Below, piece by piece: positions 1-9,066 of a stretch of 61,901 nt of DNA (positions within the stretch are counted from its first letter, which is position 1; each line of letters starts with the position of its first letter). The position numbers and the translations under genes were made by a program. Under the pieces are notes generated by a model. That model searched no databases. It had not been told where the DNA came from and was given only the letters and a program-made list of their open reading frames with translations. Source of the DNA: Myxococcota bacterium (GTDB taxonomy: Bacteria > Myxococcota_A > UBA9160 > UBA4427); assembly GCA_036228265.1 (NCBI GenBank), contig JAZAOF010000085.1:1-61901 (forward strand). Reading direction: 5' to 3'.

Positions 1-126
1 GGACGCTCCGAGGCCGAACAGGCTGTGATTCTGCGGGAGCACTTCGAAACGCTGCCGCCCGAGGAGCAGGAGCGGTTGAGTGAGCGCTTCGAGTCACTCG
101 GCAGCGGTGGTCCGCCGAGTCCGTAG
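1..126 (+). CDS. 3' end of an unidentified CDS (last 41 codons, TAG stop at 124-126)
   Basis: Frame 1 is open from the window edge to TAG 124-126, with GC-rich third positions (GRSEAEQAVILREHFETLPPEEQERL...). No recognisable motif. Confidence 0.35.
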   Translation, partial: GRSEAEQAVILREHFETLPPEEQERLSERFESLGSGGPPSP

Positions 127-129
127 TTC

Positions 130-624
130 GTGGGATCGCAGGGTCGCCAGGAGATTTCGGGCCGGGTCCGCGAGGCGCGGCATCGAGACCTCGACCGGGT
201 GGCGGCGCTCTGGAGTGCCATTACCGAGCACCACGCGCCCCTCGACCCGCTGTGGACCATGCGGGCGGGGGTCGGGGACGAGTTGCGAGCACTGCTGGGC
301 GACCTGTTGCGGGACGCGGGGGTCGCGATCTTCGTCTACGAAGAGCGAGGCGACCTACCGGGGCTGTGCATCGTGCGCATCGACCGGTCCCCGCCGATCC
401 TGGAGGAGACCCGGCGCGCCGAGATCACCGATATCGGGGTGCGTGAAGACTGCCGCCGCCAGGGCATTGCCAGTGCCCTGCTGGAGGAGGCCCTCCATTG
501 GGTTGACGGCCAGCGGGTCTCCCGGGTAGAGGTCCAGGTGGCGCGGGCCAACGCCGAAGGCCAGGCGTTCTGGCGCGCCCGGGGTTTCGACCCCCTGATG
601 GACGTTCTGCACAAACGGCTGTAA
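130..624 (+). CDS. GNAT family N-acetyltransferase
   Basis: 164-aa ORF with an acetyl-CoA binding core (GVREDCRRQGIASALLEEAL) and a GNAT-like C-terminus (ANAEGQAFWRARGF). GTG start. Confidence 0.8.
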   Translation: MGSQGRQEISGRVREARHRDLDRVAALWSAITEHHAPLDPLWTMRAGVGDELRALLGDLLRDAGVAIFVYEERGDLPGLCIVRIDRSPPILEETRRAEITDIGVREDCRRQGIASALLEEALHWVDGQRVSRVEVQVARANAEGQAFWRARGFDPLMDVLHKRL

Positions 625-654
625 GGTCGCCGATCGCTGTCCAGCGAGGAATCT

Positions 655-1992
655 GTGATGACCGCACAAGAAACCGAAACACTGAACCCCCTGGCCCAGG
701 CCCTGAACGAAACGCTTGAGCAGGGCGCTCCGGAGGTTCTCGGGATGCTTTCGCGGCTCGGTCGGGCCCTCTACTTCCCGAAAGGCATCCTCTCCCAGAC
801 CGCCGAGGCGAAGGAAAAGGCGCATCGCTTCAACGCGACCATCGGGATCGCGACCGAGGGCCCGGGCTCCATGTACCTGCCTTCGATGCACGGCGAACTC
901 GGAGACCTCGACCCGGCGGAGGTCTACCCCTATGCGCCGCCGGCCGGTCGGCCGGGTCTGCGCCAGCGCTGGAGCGAAAAGCAACGGGCCGAGAATCCCT
1001 CCCTTGCGGACAAGGAAGTGGGCCTTCCCATCGTGACGGCCGCCCTCAGCCACGGCCTGTCGCTTGTGGGAGATCTCTTTGTCGACGCCGGCGACGCCAT
1101 CCTGTTGCCCGACAAGCTTTGGGGCAACTACCGGCTTACCTTCGAAGTGCGCCTGGGAGCGAAGATCGAAACCTTTCCCTTCTACAAGGGGGGTGGTTTC
1201 GACTGCGAGGGCTTTGCCGAGGGGCTGGCGCGATCGGCCGAGGGACGCGAGAAGCTGATCGTGCTGCTCAACTTTCCCAACAACCCCACCGGTTACATGC
1301 CCACGGCGACCGAGGGTGCGGCCATGGTCGAGGCCCTGTTGGCCCAGGCCAAGCGGGGCACGAAGCTCGTCGTCGTTCTCGACGACGCCTACTTCGGCCT
1401 CTTCTACCACCTGGGTGGCGATTCGATGACCGAGTCGCTCTTCGGGATGCTGGCCAACCGCCATCCGAACCTGATGGCGGTCAGGCTCGACGGCGCGACC
1501 AAGGAACTCTTCGTCTGGGGGTTGCGGGTCGGCTTCATTACTTTCGGACCCGGGCGGGGCGACAGCGCGAAGGCGGTGTGCGAGGTGCTCGATGCCAAGA
1601 CCCGGGGCGCCATCCGCGGCGGGATCTCCAACGTGTCGCAGTTGAGCCAATCGCTCGTCGAGCGTGCGCTGGGGTCCGAATCGATCGGGAACGAGCGCCG
1701 GGAAAAGTCCGAAACGCTCCGGGCTCGCGCGGAACGGGTGTACACGGTGGCCAACCAGCCGCGTTTCGCCGAGAGCTGGGACGTCTATCCGTTCAATAGC
1801 GGCTACTTCATGTGCGTGAAGGTGCAGGAGGTCGAGGCCGAGAGGCTTCGGTTGCACCTGCTCGACGAGTACGGGATTGGTTTGATCGCGACCGGCCCCC
1901 ACGACATCCGGGTGGCCTTCTCCTGCCTCGAGGTGGACGAGATCGAGCCGCTTTTCGAAGCGATGCACGAGGCAATCCAGAAACTCCAGTAG
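655..1992 (+). CDS. PLP-dependent aminotransferase (class I/II fold)
   Basis: 445-aa ORF. NFPNNPTGYMP and LDDAYFGLFY motifs are typical of fold-type I aminotransferases. Start is GTG 655 or ATG 658. Confidence 0.8.
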   Translation: MMTAQETETLNPLAQALNETLEQGAPEVLGMLSRLGRALYFPKGILSQTAEAKEKAHRFNATIGIATEGPGSMYLPSMHGELGDLDPAEVYPYAPPAGRPGLRQRWSEKQRAENPSLADKEVGLPIVTAALSHGLSLVGDLFVDAGDAILLPDKLWGNYRLTFEVRLGAKIETFPFYKGGGFDCEGFAEGLARSAEGREKLIVLLNFPNNPTGYMPTATEGAAMVEALLAQAKRGTKLVVVLDDAYFGLFYHLGGDSMTESLFGMLANRHPNLMAVRLDGATKELFVWGLRVGFITFGPGRGDSAKAVCEVLDAKTRGAIRGGISNVSQLSQSLVERALGSESIGNERREKSETLRARAERVYTVANQPRFAESWDVYPFNSGYFMCVKVQEVEAERLRLHLLDEYGIGLIATGPHDIRVAFSCLEVDEIEPLFEAMHEAIQKLQ

Positions 1993-2207
1993 TTTCGGTG
2001 GGTTGAACGAAATCCGCGGGATGGGTGTCGAGTGGGCGTCGCTATGGGCGGTCGACCGGTAGCGGATAGCGGTTTCCCCCCGGGGCACGATCGAATCGAA
2101 CACGACTAGTTTCGGCGCGAATTGGAGCCCCGTTTGCGGTATTTTCCCGCTGGCTGAGCGGCCCCCGGCTACAGCCCCAACACCTCCCGCAAGCCGAGGA
2201 GCCTTTC

Positions 2208-3620
2208 TTGATCGAGCCCGATTCCAAAGGGCGCAGCGCCATTTCGCTGCGCGCCGTGGCGCTTGGCCTCGCGATCGGCCTGGCGGGCGGTTGGTGGATC
2301 TTTTCGGAGCGGGTCGACGAAGGCCCCTCCGCAAAAGCAGTTACGGACTCGTCTCCCGCTGCCGAGGAACTCGCCGAGGCCGATCCGAATTCGGGCGCTT
2401 CGGAGGTCTACGGTCCGACCCTGCCCCCGGATTGGGAGCCGGGAGGCGATCTCGACGCGTGGAAGGACTGGGCCACCGAGGGCCCCCAGGCGGGATTGAT
2501 CGCCGGACAGCTCGGGCGAGGCGAGTCGCTCACGATGGCGCTCGGCCGCTACGGGATTTCCGAGCGCACGGTGGCCCTGATTGCCCAAGCGCTCAAACCG
2601 CATTTTGATTTTCGACGGTCGCGGCCCGGTGACCGGTATCGAGCCGAAGTCGATGAACGCGGCCAGGTGGTGGAGTTCTTCTACGTCAATCGCCCGGACG
2701 AGCCGCTGTTTCTCTCCTGGGACGGAGAGCAGTATCTCGTGAAGCTCGAAAAACCGGCGATTGAACTTCGCCGGGAACGAATCGCGGGGGTCATCGATTC
2801 GAGTCTCTACGATTCGGTCGCCTCCCTGGGTGAAGATCCGCAACTCGCCAATTCGTTCTCGGAACTCTTTGCGCTGGAAATGGATTTTACTCGGAGCGTC
2901 CAACTCGGTGACAGCTTCAGCGCGCTCTACGAGCGTCGCTACCAGATCAGCCCGGATGGCCAGTCGAGCTACGCCGGGCTCGGTCGTATTCTCGCGGCGC
3001 ACTACGACGGGGCCGCTGGAGAGTTTACCGCGGTCTACTACAAGGCGAAGAACAAGCCCGCGGGTTACTACCGTACCGATGGCACGGCGCTCGAAGGAAA
3101 GTTCCTCTTCAAGCCCGTCGAGGTCGGACGAATCAGTTCGGACTACCGGGCGTCTCGTCGCCACCCGATTCTCAAATTTTCGCGACCGCATCGCGGCATC
3201 GATTGGGCGGCGCCGCGCGGAACACCGGTCTGGTCGGTCGCGAGCGGTACGATCATCTTTCGGGGTTACGCCGGAAGCCGCGGCTTCGGAAACCTGGTCA
3301 AGGTGCGGCACGACAACGGCTACATTTCGTACTACGGCCATCTCGAGGGCTTTGCAGGGGGGCAGAAGGTGGGCGATCGCGTCCAGCAGAAACAGGTCGT
3401 CGGCTACGTCGGGTCGACGGGACTGGCCACGGGCCCCCATACGTGCTTCCGGATCAAGGATGGCAAGGGCCAGTACGTCAACCCGATGAAGGTGAAGAGC
3501 GCGGCCGGGGCCCGGATTGCCAAGGAGGACTGGTCCGACTTCCAGTTGAAGCGGGACGAACTCCTGGTCCGCCTGAACGGCTCGAGGCTCGCCGCAAACG
3601 AGGCGAAGCCCTCGAGCTAG
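2208..3620 (+). CDS. M23 family (LytM-type) metallopeptidase with N-terminal membrane anchor
   Basis: HRGIDWAAPRGTPV ... YYGHL ... VGSTGLATGPHTCF motifs. Hydrophobic N-terminus (AVALGLAIGLAGGWWIF). TTG start. Confidence 0.85.
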   Translation: MIEPDSKGRSAISLRAVALGLAIGLAGGWWIFSERVDEGPSAKAVTDSSPAAEELAEADPNSGASEVYGPTLPPDWEPGGDLDAWKDWATEGPQAGLIAGQLGRGESLTMALGRYGISERTVALIAQALKPHFDFRRSRPGDRYRAEVDERGQVVEFFYVNRPDEPLFLSWDGEQYLVKLEKPAIELRRERIAGVIDSSLYDSVASLGEDPQLANSFSELFALEMDFTRSVQLGDSFSALYERRYQISPDGQSSYAGLGRILAAHYDGAAGEFTAVYYKAKNKPAGYYRTDGTALEGKFLFKPVEVGRISSDYRASRRHPILKFSRPHRGIDWAAPRGTPVWSVASGTIIFRGYAGSRGFGNLVKVRHDNGYISYYGHLEGFAGGQKVGDRVQQKQVVGYVGSTGLATGPHTCFRIKDGKGQYVNPMKVKSAAGARIAKEDWSDFQLKRDELLVRLNGSRLAANEAKPSS

Positions 3621-3752
3621 CGAACGATTTCGAGCGCCCCATTTTTGCGAGATTCGCCCGGTGGTGGGGCGATGCTTGTGGCCGGCATTCCGTGTGCGAG
3701 CATGGGCGGCGCTCGGCGCGCCGACGGCACCGAGCGCCACGGAGGCAATAGC

Positions 3753-4175
3753 GTGGGCTTCGATGATCGGATGGCACAGTTGGGCGGAGAAATCGGGAGC
3801 CGGGAGGCTTCCCATGCTTCGCAGCTGGACGCCGCGCGAGAAAAAGCAAGCGAGTTGCACGCCCGGGTGGCGGGAGCTCTCGAGCAGTTTCATCGCGCTT
3901 GCTCGGAGGCGGGCTCCCCGCATCTTCGAATCGAATTGGGCTCGCCACACCTCGACGCGAAGCATGTTCGCGCGATCGAATTCGACCTGAGGCGTGGGCG
4001 GACCCGCGCCATCGTTGTCGTCAAGAGCCGCGGTGAGGTCACCCTGGTGGGTCCCTTCGCGATGGGAAAGTCCGAGGGACCGTGCCGAAGTATCGCCTTT
4101 GACGCCGAGGCAGAGATTCTCAAAGGTCTCGAGGACTGGATGTCGCGCTTTCTCGAAGAGGCGGTTCAGCCCTGA
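3753..4175 (+). CDS. hypothetical protein, first gene of the yjjX-gshA operon
   Basis: ORF 3645-4175. GGAGG at 3741-3745 precedes GTG 3753 (ATG 3771 is an alternative). The stop overlaps the next start (TGATG at 4173-4177). No recognisable domain. Confidence 0.55.
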   Translation: MGFDDRMAQLGGEIGSREASHASQLDAAREKASELHARVAGALEQFHRACSEAGSPHLRIELGSPHLDAKHVRAIEFDLRRGRTRAIVVVKSRGEVTLVGPFAMGKSEGPCRSIAFDAEAEILKGLEDWMSRFLEEAVQP

Positions 4176-4804
4176 TGGCCGTAGGCCCTACGCGCAAGAT
4201 CGAATCGCTGCGATCGATTCGAGTGGGTTCAACCCAGGCCCCGAAAATCAAGGCCGTTTCGGATGCGTTTTCGGCCTACGTCTCGGAACCGGTCGTGCAG
4301 GGTGTGGCAGTGCCTAGTGGAGTGCCCGAGCAACCCGTGGGATTCGCGGAGATCGTTCGCGGGGCGCGCAACCGAGCGGAGGCGGCGCGAACGAGCGGAG
4401 CCTGTGACCTGGGAGCGGGCATCGAAGACGGGCTGATCGTCCTGCCCGAACTGGCGGGTTCGATTGTGAACGTGGGTTGTGCCTGGCTGACGGACGGCGA
4501 ACGGGAGTCTTTTGGCCTGTCTTCGGGTTTTGGTTACCCGCCGCTTTGCGACGAGAAAGCGCTGACCCAGGGAGAACCCATCGGTGACCTATTCGACACG
4601 CTGTGGCGGGAGCGCGTGGATGCCGGGGCGGACCGCGCGTCCGGTCCCGGGGAGGGAAACATTGGTCGCCTCTCCGGTGGCGTTCTCACTCGGGCCGAGT
4701 ATGGCCGCCACGCCGTTCTCTGTGCCCTGGTTCGTTTCGTGAACCCGGACCTCTATCCCGAGAATCCGCGCGGGCCGCTCGATGAGGACTGGATATCGCG
4801 ATGA
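4175..4804 (+). CDS. yjjX: inosine/xanthosine triphosphatase (YjjX/DUF84 NTPase family)
   Basis: SGVPEQP, GARNRA, GIEDGL and GRLSGGVLTRAEY motifs line up with E. coli YjjX as I recall it. Confidence 0.75.
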   Translation: MAVGPTRKIESLRSIRVGSTQAPKIKAVSDAFSAYVSEPVVQGVAVPSGVPEQPVGFAEIVRGARNRAEAARTSGACDLGAGIEDGLIVLPELAGSIVNVGCAWLTDGERESFGLSSGFGYPPLCDEKALTQGEPIGDLFDTLWRERVDAGADRASGPGEGNIGRLSGGVLTRAEYGRHAVLCALVRFVNPDLYPENPRGPLDEDWISR

Positions 4805-6141
4805 CCGAGGGCACCGAACCGATCGGCTCGCGGGTCGAGTTGATCGACTATTTCCGCGCGGGCGAGAAGCCCGCGTCCCAGTGGCGCGTGGGCACCGAGC
4901 ACGAGAAGATCGGGATCCATAGCGACACCGGTGATCGCGTTCCCTACGAGGGAGATCGCGGGATCGGTGCACTTCTCGGGCGCATCGCTCGAGCCGATGA
5001 CTGGGAGCCTGTCGAAGAGGGAGGAAGCCTGATCGCGCTGCGCAAGGATGGGGCGAGTATCACCCTCGAACCGGGCGGCCAGTTGGAACTCTCGGGCGCC
5101 CCCCTCGCGACTTCCCGCGATACCTGTCGCGAGTTCGCCCGGCACGTGGAACTGGTCAAGCGCGAATCGGCGGCTCTCGGGATCACCTGGTTGGCTCTCG
5201 GGGTCGATCCGATCCACCCGGTCTCAACGATCCCGCGCATGCCGAAAGGCCGCTACGCCATCATGAGCGACTACCTGCCGACCCGCGGGGGGCACGCCCT
5301 GGACATGATGCACGCCACGGCCACCGTTCAGGCCAACTTCGATTTTTGCGACGAGGCCGACATGGTTCAGAAAATGCGGACGGCCATGGGCTGCACCGCG
5401 ATCACGTCGGCGATCTTCAGCAATTCACCGATTTCCGAGGGCCGGCCGAATGGGTTCGTTTCGAAAAGGGTGAGGATCTGGCGCGACGTCGACCCGGATC
5501 GCTGCGGTTTCCTGCCCTTTGTTTTCGACCCGGATTTCGGGTACGCGCAGTACGCCGAATGGGCACTCGACGTTCCGATGTTCTTCGTGGTTCGCAACCA
5601 CGAGTACAAGCCGGCGAACGGGATGACGTTTCGGCAGTTCTACGAGAAGGGTTTCGAAGGAGCACGCGCCACGCTCGGGGATTGGGATCTCCACCTGACG
5701 ACGGTTTTCCCCGAGATCCGGCTCAAGCGATACATCGAGGTTCGGGGTACGGATTGTGTCCCGTCGGATCTCATCTGTGCGGTTCCCGCTCTCTGGAAAG
5801 GGCTGCTCTACGACGCGGAGGCCTGCAATGCCGCCTGGGAGCTGGTGCGCGGCTGGGGCGACGAAGATCGCGAGGACGGCCTCGACACCGCGTCCGCCCA
5901 GGGCCTGGGTGGTTCGGTGGCGGGGCGACCGATGCTCGCCTGGGCGCAAGATCTCGTCGCCATCGCGAGAGACGGATTGGGACGCCTGGCGGCGCCGGAG
6001 ACGGGCGACGAGCGATCCTTCCTGGACCCGATCGACGAGGTCCTCGCACGGGGGCAGAGCCCGGGAGAGGTGCTTCTTGCCCGTTGGAACGGAAACTGGG
6101 CCGGTTCCATGGAGAGGCTCATCGACTTCGCCCGCTACTGA
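4801..6141 (+). CDS. gshA: glutamate--cysteine ligase, plant/alpha-proteobacterial type (GCS2 family)
   Basis: 446 aa. WRVGTEHEKIG, GGQLELSGAP and EIRLKRYIEVRG motifs. ATGA overlap with yjjX. Confidence 0.85.
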   Translation: MTEGTEPIGSRVELIDYFRAGEKPASQWRVGTEHEKIGIHSDTGDRVPYEGDRGIGALLGRIARADDWEPVEEGGSLIALRKDGASITLEPGGQLELSGAPLATSRDTCREFARHVELVKRESAALGITWLALGVDPIHPVSTIPRMPKGRYAIMSDYLPTRGGHALDMMHATATVQANFDFCDEADMVQKMRTAMGCTAITSAIFSNSPISEGRPNGFVSKRVRIWRDVDPDRCGFLPFVFDPDFGYAQYAEWALDVPMFFVVRNHEYKPANGMTFRQFYEKGFEGARATLGDWDLHLTTVFPEIRLKRYIEVRGTDCVPSDLICAVPALWKGLLYDAEACNAAWELVRGWGDEDREDGLDTASAQGLGGSVAGRPMLAWAQDLVAIARDGLGRLAAPETGDERSFLDPIDEVLARGQSPGEVLLARWNGNWAGSMERLIDFARY

Positions 6142-6230
6142 CTTCCGTTGCGGCTGCTTTCGCTGGCGAGGCCCCGACGCTCTCCGTACCATCCGGCGGG
6201 CTCGTACCCGATGGGAGGATCGAAGGCAGC

Positions 6231-7178
6231 ATGAATTCCGACGCGACGGCGCAGCATTCGCGCGTACTCATCGTGGGCAGCGGCCCGGCGGGATATACCG
6301 CGGCGATCTATGCGGCTCGAGCGGGGCTCGAGCCGGTTGTCCTCGGCGGGTTGGTCTCGGGCGGGCAACTCATGATCACGACCGATGTCGAAAACTATCC
6401 CGGTTTCCCCGAGAGCGTGACCGGGCCGGACGTGATGGAGCGATTCCAGAAGCAAGCGGAGCGGTTCGGAGCGAAGATCCTGGCCGAGGACGCGGTGCGT
6501 ATCGACGTGTCGGAGCGTCCCTTTCGAGCGGAAACGGATCGCGCGGCGTTTACCGGCGACTCGTTGATCGTGGCCACCGGGGCATCGGCTTGCTGGCTGG
6601 GTCTCGAGTCCGAGGAGCGCTTGACCAACCGGGGTGTCTCGGCGTGCGCCACGTGCGACGGCGCTCTTTTCAGGGACAAGCCCATGGCGGTGGTCGGGGG
6701 CGGGGATACCGCGATGGAGGAAGCCCTTTTCCTCACGCGCTTTGCAACGCGAGTTACCGTGATCCATCGCCGGGGAGAGTTGCGCGCCTCCAAGATCATG
6801 CAGGAGCGCGCGCTCGCTTCGGACAAGATCGATTTTTTCTGGAACTCGGTTGTGGAAGACGTCCTGGGAGAGGACGCGGTGACGGGCGTCCGCATCCGGA
6901 ACGTGGAAACGGGCGAGTCCAGCGATTGGCCGGTGGAGGCACTTTTTATCGCGATCGGTCACCAGCCCAATACGGAACTTCTCGTGGGGCAACTGGATCT
7001 CGATGAGTCGGGATACGTCGTCACGCGTTCCGGCTCGACCCGGACGTCGGTCGAAGGCGTGTTTGCGTGTGGCGATGTGATGGATTCGGTGTACCGCCAG
7101 GCCATTACCGCCGCGGGCACCGGTTGCATGTCCGCAATCGATGCGGAGCGCTGGTTGGCGGAACAGGGTATCGATTAG
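6231..7178 (+). CDS. trxB: thioredoxin-disulfide reductase
   Basis: Starts at the internal ATG 6231 of ORF 5346-7178. VGSGPAGYTAAIYAARA FAD motif, redox CATCDG, GGGDTAMEEA NADPH motif. 315 aa. Confidence 0.93.
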   Translation: MNSDATAQHSRVLIVGSGPAGYTAAIYAARAGLEPVVLGGLVSGGQLMITTDVENYPGFPESVTGPDVMERFQKQAERFGAKILAEDAVRIDVSERPFRAETDRAAFTGDSLIVATGASACWLGLESEERLTNRGVSACATCDGALFRDKPMAVVGGGDTAMEEALFLTRFATRVTVIHRRGELRASKIMQERALASDKIDFFWNSVVEDVLGEDAVTGVRIRNVETGESSDWPVEALFIAIGHQPNTELLVGQLDLDESGYVVTRSGSTRTSVEGVFACGDVMDSVYRQAITAAGTGCMSAIDAERWLAEQGID

Positions 7179-7211
7179 AAGAGCCTCGTTGCGCTGGTTC
7201 GCGGGTGCGGA

Positions 7212-8288
7212 GTGGGAATGACGTTATCCAAATCAAAGCTTGAAAAGCTCACCGATCACTCGACGGATATCGTCGTTGCGACCGATAGCGATGGCACCGT
7301 GGTCTACTACAACGACGGGGCCGCACGAAGTCTGGGCTACACGCCGGACCAGATCCTGGGCTCCTTCGTGGGTCGCCTCTACCCGAGTCTCGAAGAGGCT
7401 CAACGCGTCATGGAGGGACTTCGGTCCCAGGGACGAGACCCGTCTTCGAATCCGAGCGCCGTCCGGACTGTCTTCGTTGCGAAGGACGGAACCGAGATCC
7501 CGGTCGCCATTTCGGGGACCGTTCTTTATGCGGAAGATGGAACGGAAGACGGCAGCGTCGGCTACGCGAAGGATTTGCGCGAGATCTTGAGAAAGGATCA
7601 GCTCGCGACGCTCGGCGAGGTGGCCATCGGGCTGTCCCACGAAATCAACAACCCCCTCGCGATCATCCTCAACCAATCGGAGCTTCTCGAGCGGGACATT
7701 GGGCGATTGGCGGGAGAGGCAGACATTTCCGTGGAGACCGAACGGGTCGATGCCATCCGGCGAGAAGTCGTCCGGGTCTCGGAAATTCTTGCGCGCCTGG
7801 GCGAGATGGCCGAGACCGAGACCTACGAGACCATCGACTACGCGGGTCCAGCGCGAATGATCGACCTTCGCAAGCGACGCGAAGTGGACGCGGCGCTCGA
7901 TCCGCACCTTTCGGGACTTTGTGTTCTCGTTGTCGACGACGACCCGGGCATTCGCGAAACCCTGAAGGAGGTATTGGAAGGGTGGGCATGCGTCGTCGTG
8001 ACCGCAGGCGATGGCCGCGAAGCCCTTGAGCGGATCGATTCCCAAGAGGTCGACCTGGTGCTTTCGGATGTCGTGATGCCCGAAATGGACGGGCATGAAC
8101 TCTTTCTAGCGGTTCGCGAACGCCGACCGGAACTGCCCGTCTTGATGATGACGGCCTTCCACTATGACAAGGATCACATCATCAAGCGCAGCCGCCTGGA
8201 GGGGCTTCCCGGGGTGATCTTCAAGAAACCCGTCGATCCCGTGCGCCTCCGCGAAATCATGGTGAAGACGCTCTCCGACGCGTCTTGA
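7212..8288 (+). CDS. signal-transduction protein: PAS domain + HisKA/DHp domain (H-box SHEINNPL) + receiver domain, with no HATPase catalytic domain
   Basis: N-terminal PAS (VVATDSDGTVVYYNDGAARSLGY). His at about residue 143. Receiver LVVDDDPG...DLVLSDVVMPEMDG...LMMTAF. Only about 90 aa separate the H-box and the receiver, and they contain no N/G1/G2 boxes. Confidence 0.8.
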   Translation: MGMTLSKSKLEKLTDHSTDIVVATDSDGTVVYYNDGAARSLGYTPDQILGSFVGRLYPSLEEAQRVMEGLRSQGRDPSSNPSAVRTVFVAKDGTEIPVAISGTVLYAEDGTEDGSVGYAKDLREILRKDQLATLGEVAIGLSHEINNPLAIILNQSELLERDIGRLAGEADISVETERVDAIRREVVRVSEILARLGEMAETETYETIDYAGPARMIDLRKRREVDAALDPHLSGLCVLVVDDDPGIRETLKEVLEGWACVVVTAGDGREALERIDSQEVDLVLSDVVMPEMDGHELFLAVRERRPELPVLMMTAFHYDKDHIIKRSRLEGLPGVIFKKPVDPVRLREIMVKTLSDAS

Positions 8289-9036
8289 TCTCTTCTTGCG
8301 CCGGGGTGCGAGCGGCGCAGATGGCGTCGACGTGTCGATAACCGGCTAGCCGCAGTGCGCGGGCGGCGGCGACGAGCGTCGCCCCCGTGGTGGCGACATC
8401 GTCGACGAGAAGCAGGGTTTCCCAGCCCCGCTTTTGGGGCCCATCGCCACGAAAGGCCCCGGCGACGTTGACCATGCGTGCCTCGCGGTCGAGCGGCGTC
8501 TGGCTGGGGGTGTCGCGGAGACGAACGAGCAGGGTCGGCGACGCCAGGGGACGACCCAGTTGTCGCGCGGCGGCGCGTGCCAGCAGCGCTGCGGGGTTGA
8601 AGCCGCGCTCACGGAGCCGTCGGGGATGGAGCGGTACTGGAACCACCGCGTCGGGTGGCGGACCCGGCCGCCGGAGCACCGCCGCCCGTACCCAATCCTC
8701 GACGACACGGCGGGCGGCGGGGTCCAGGCCCATCGGCCCCGGGCGGGGGTACTTGAAGCGCTGCATCCAGGCTTGTGACCCCGCTTCGTAGGCCACCGTG
8801 GAGCGGCATCGAGGCAGGGCCGGCCCCCACCCGGCGCAGGCCAGGCACCCGGGAGCGCTCGGGTCGATTGCGCCTGGAAAGCAGGCACAGGCGAGTCGGG
8901 GAATCCGGGCATGGCAAGCCGCGCAGAGAGTCGGCGGCCGAGCCGACGCCGGGGAGCGGAGCTGCGCCTTCCCGCATTCTGCGCACTGCGGAGGAGCCAG
9001 CAGGTCGAGCCAACTCGAAGCGAAGGAGCGAAGCAT
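8257..9036 (-). CDS. comF: ComF family protein (phosphoribosyltransferase domain)
   Basis: N-terminal Cys pairs (PPQCAECG...CAACH). C-terminal PRPP motif LLVDDVATTGATL. Confidence 0.8.
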   Translation of the reverse strand: MLRSFASSWLDLLAPPQCAECGKAQLRSPASARPPTLCAACHARIPRLACACFPGAIDPSAPGCLACAGWGPALPRCRSTVAYEAGSQAWMQRFKYPRPGPMGLDPAARRVVEDWVRAAVLRRPGPPPDAVVPVPLHPRRLRERGFNPAALLARAAARQLGRPLASPTLLVRLRDTPSQTPLDREARMVNVAGAFRGDGPQKRGWETLLLVDDVATTGATLVAAARALRLAGYRHVDAICAARTPAQEEIKTRRRASSP

Positions 9037-9066
9037 CGGGCTCTCCCCGGGACCGGGGGCGAGAGG

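Noticed and set aside
355-2334. Very long ORFs lying antisense to, or in alternative frames of, recognised genes. Examples: 355-2334(-), 2169-3965(-), the 5' part of 5346-7178(+), 24714-25829(-), 27405-28706(-), 44749-46503(-), 47051-48355(+), 52441-53667(-) and 58401-59819(+).
   Set aside because: These are typical shadow ORFs of GC-rich DNA. Their translations are Arg/Gly/Pro/Ala-rich and have no motifs. Each overlaps a gene with clear family signatures on the other strand or frame.
4064-4078. GGGAAAGTCCGAGGG followed by GTGCC..., which resembles the RNase P RNA CR-I motif (GGAAAGUCCGGGC...GUGCC).
   Set aside because: It lies inside a coding frame that is translationally coupled to yjjX. 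The other universally conserved RNase P elements (for example the P4 ACAGAA...GGCUUA segment) are not present downstream, because that DNA encodes a clear YjjX homologue.
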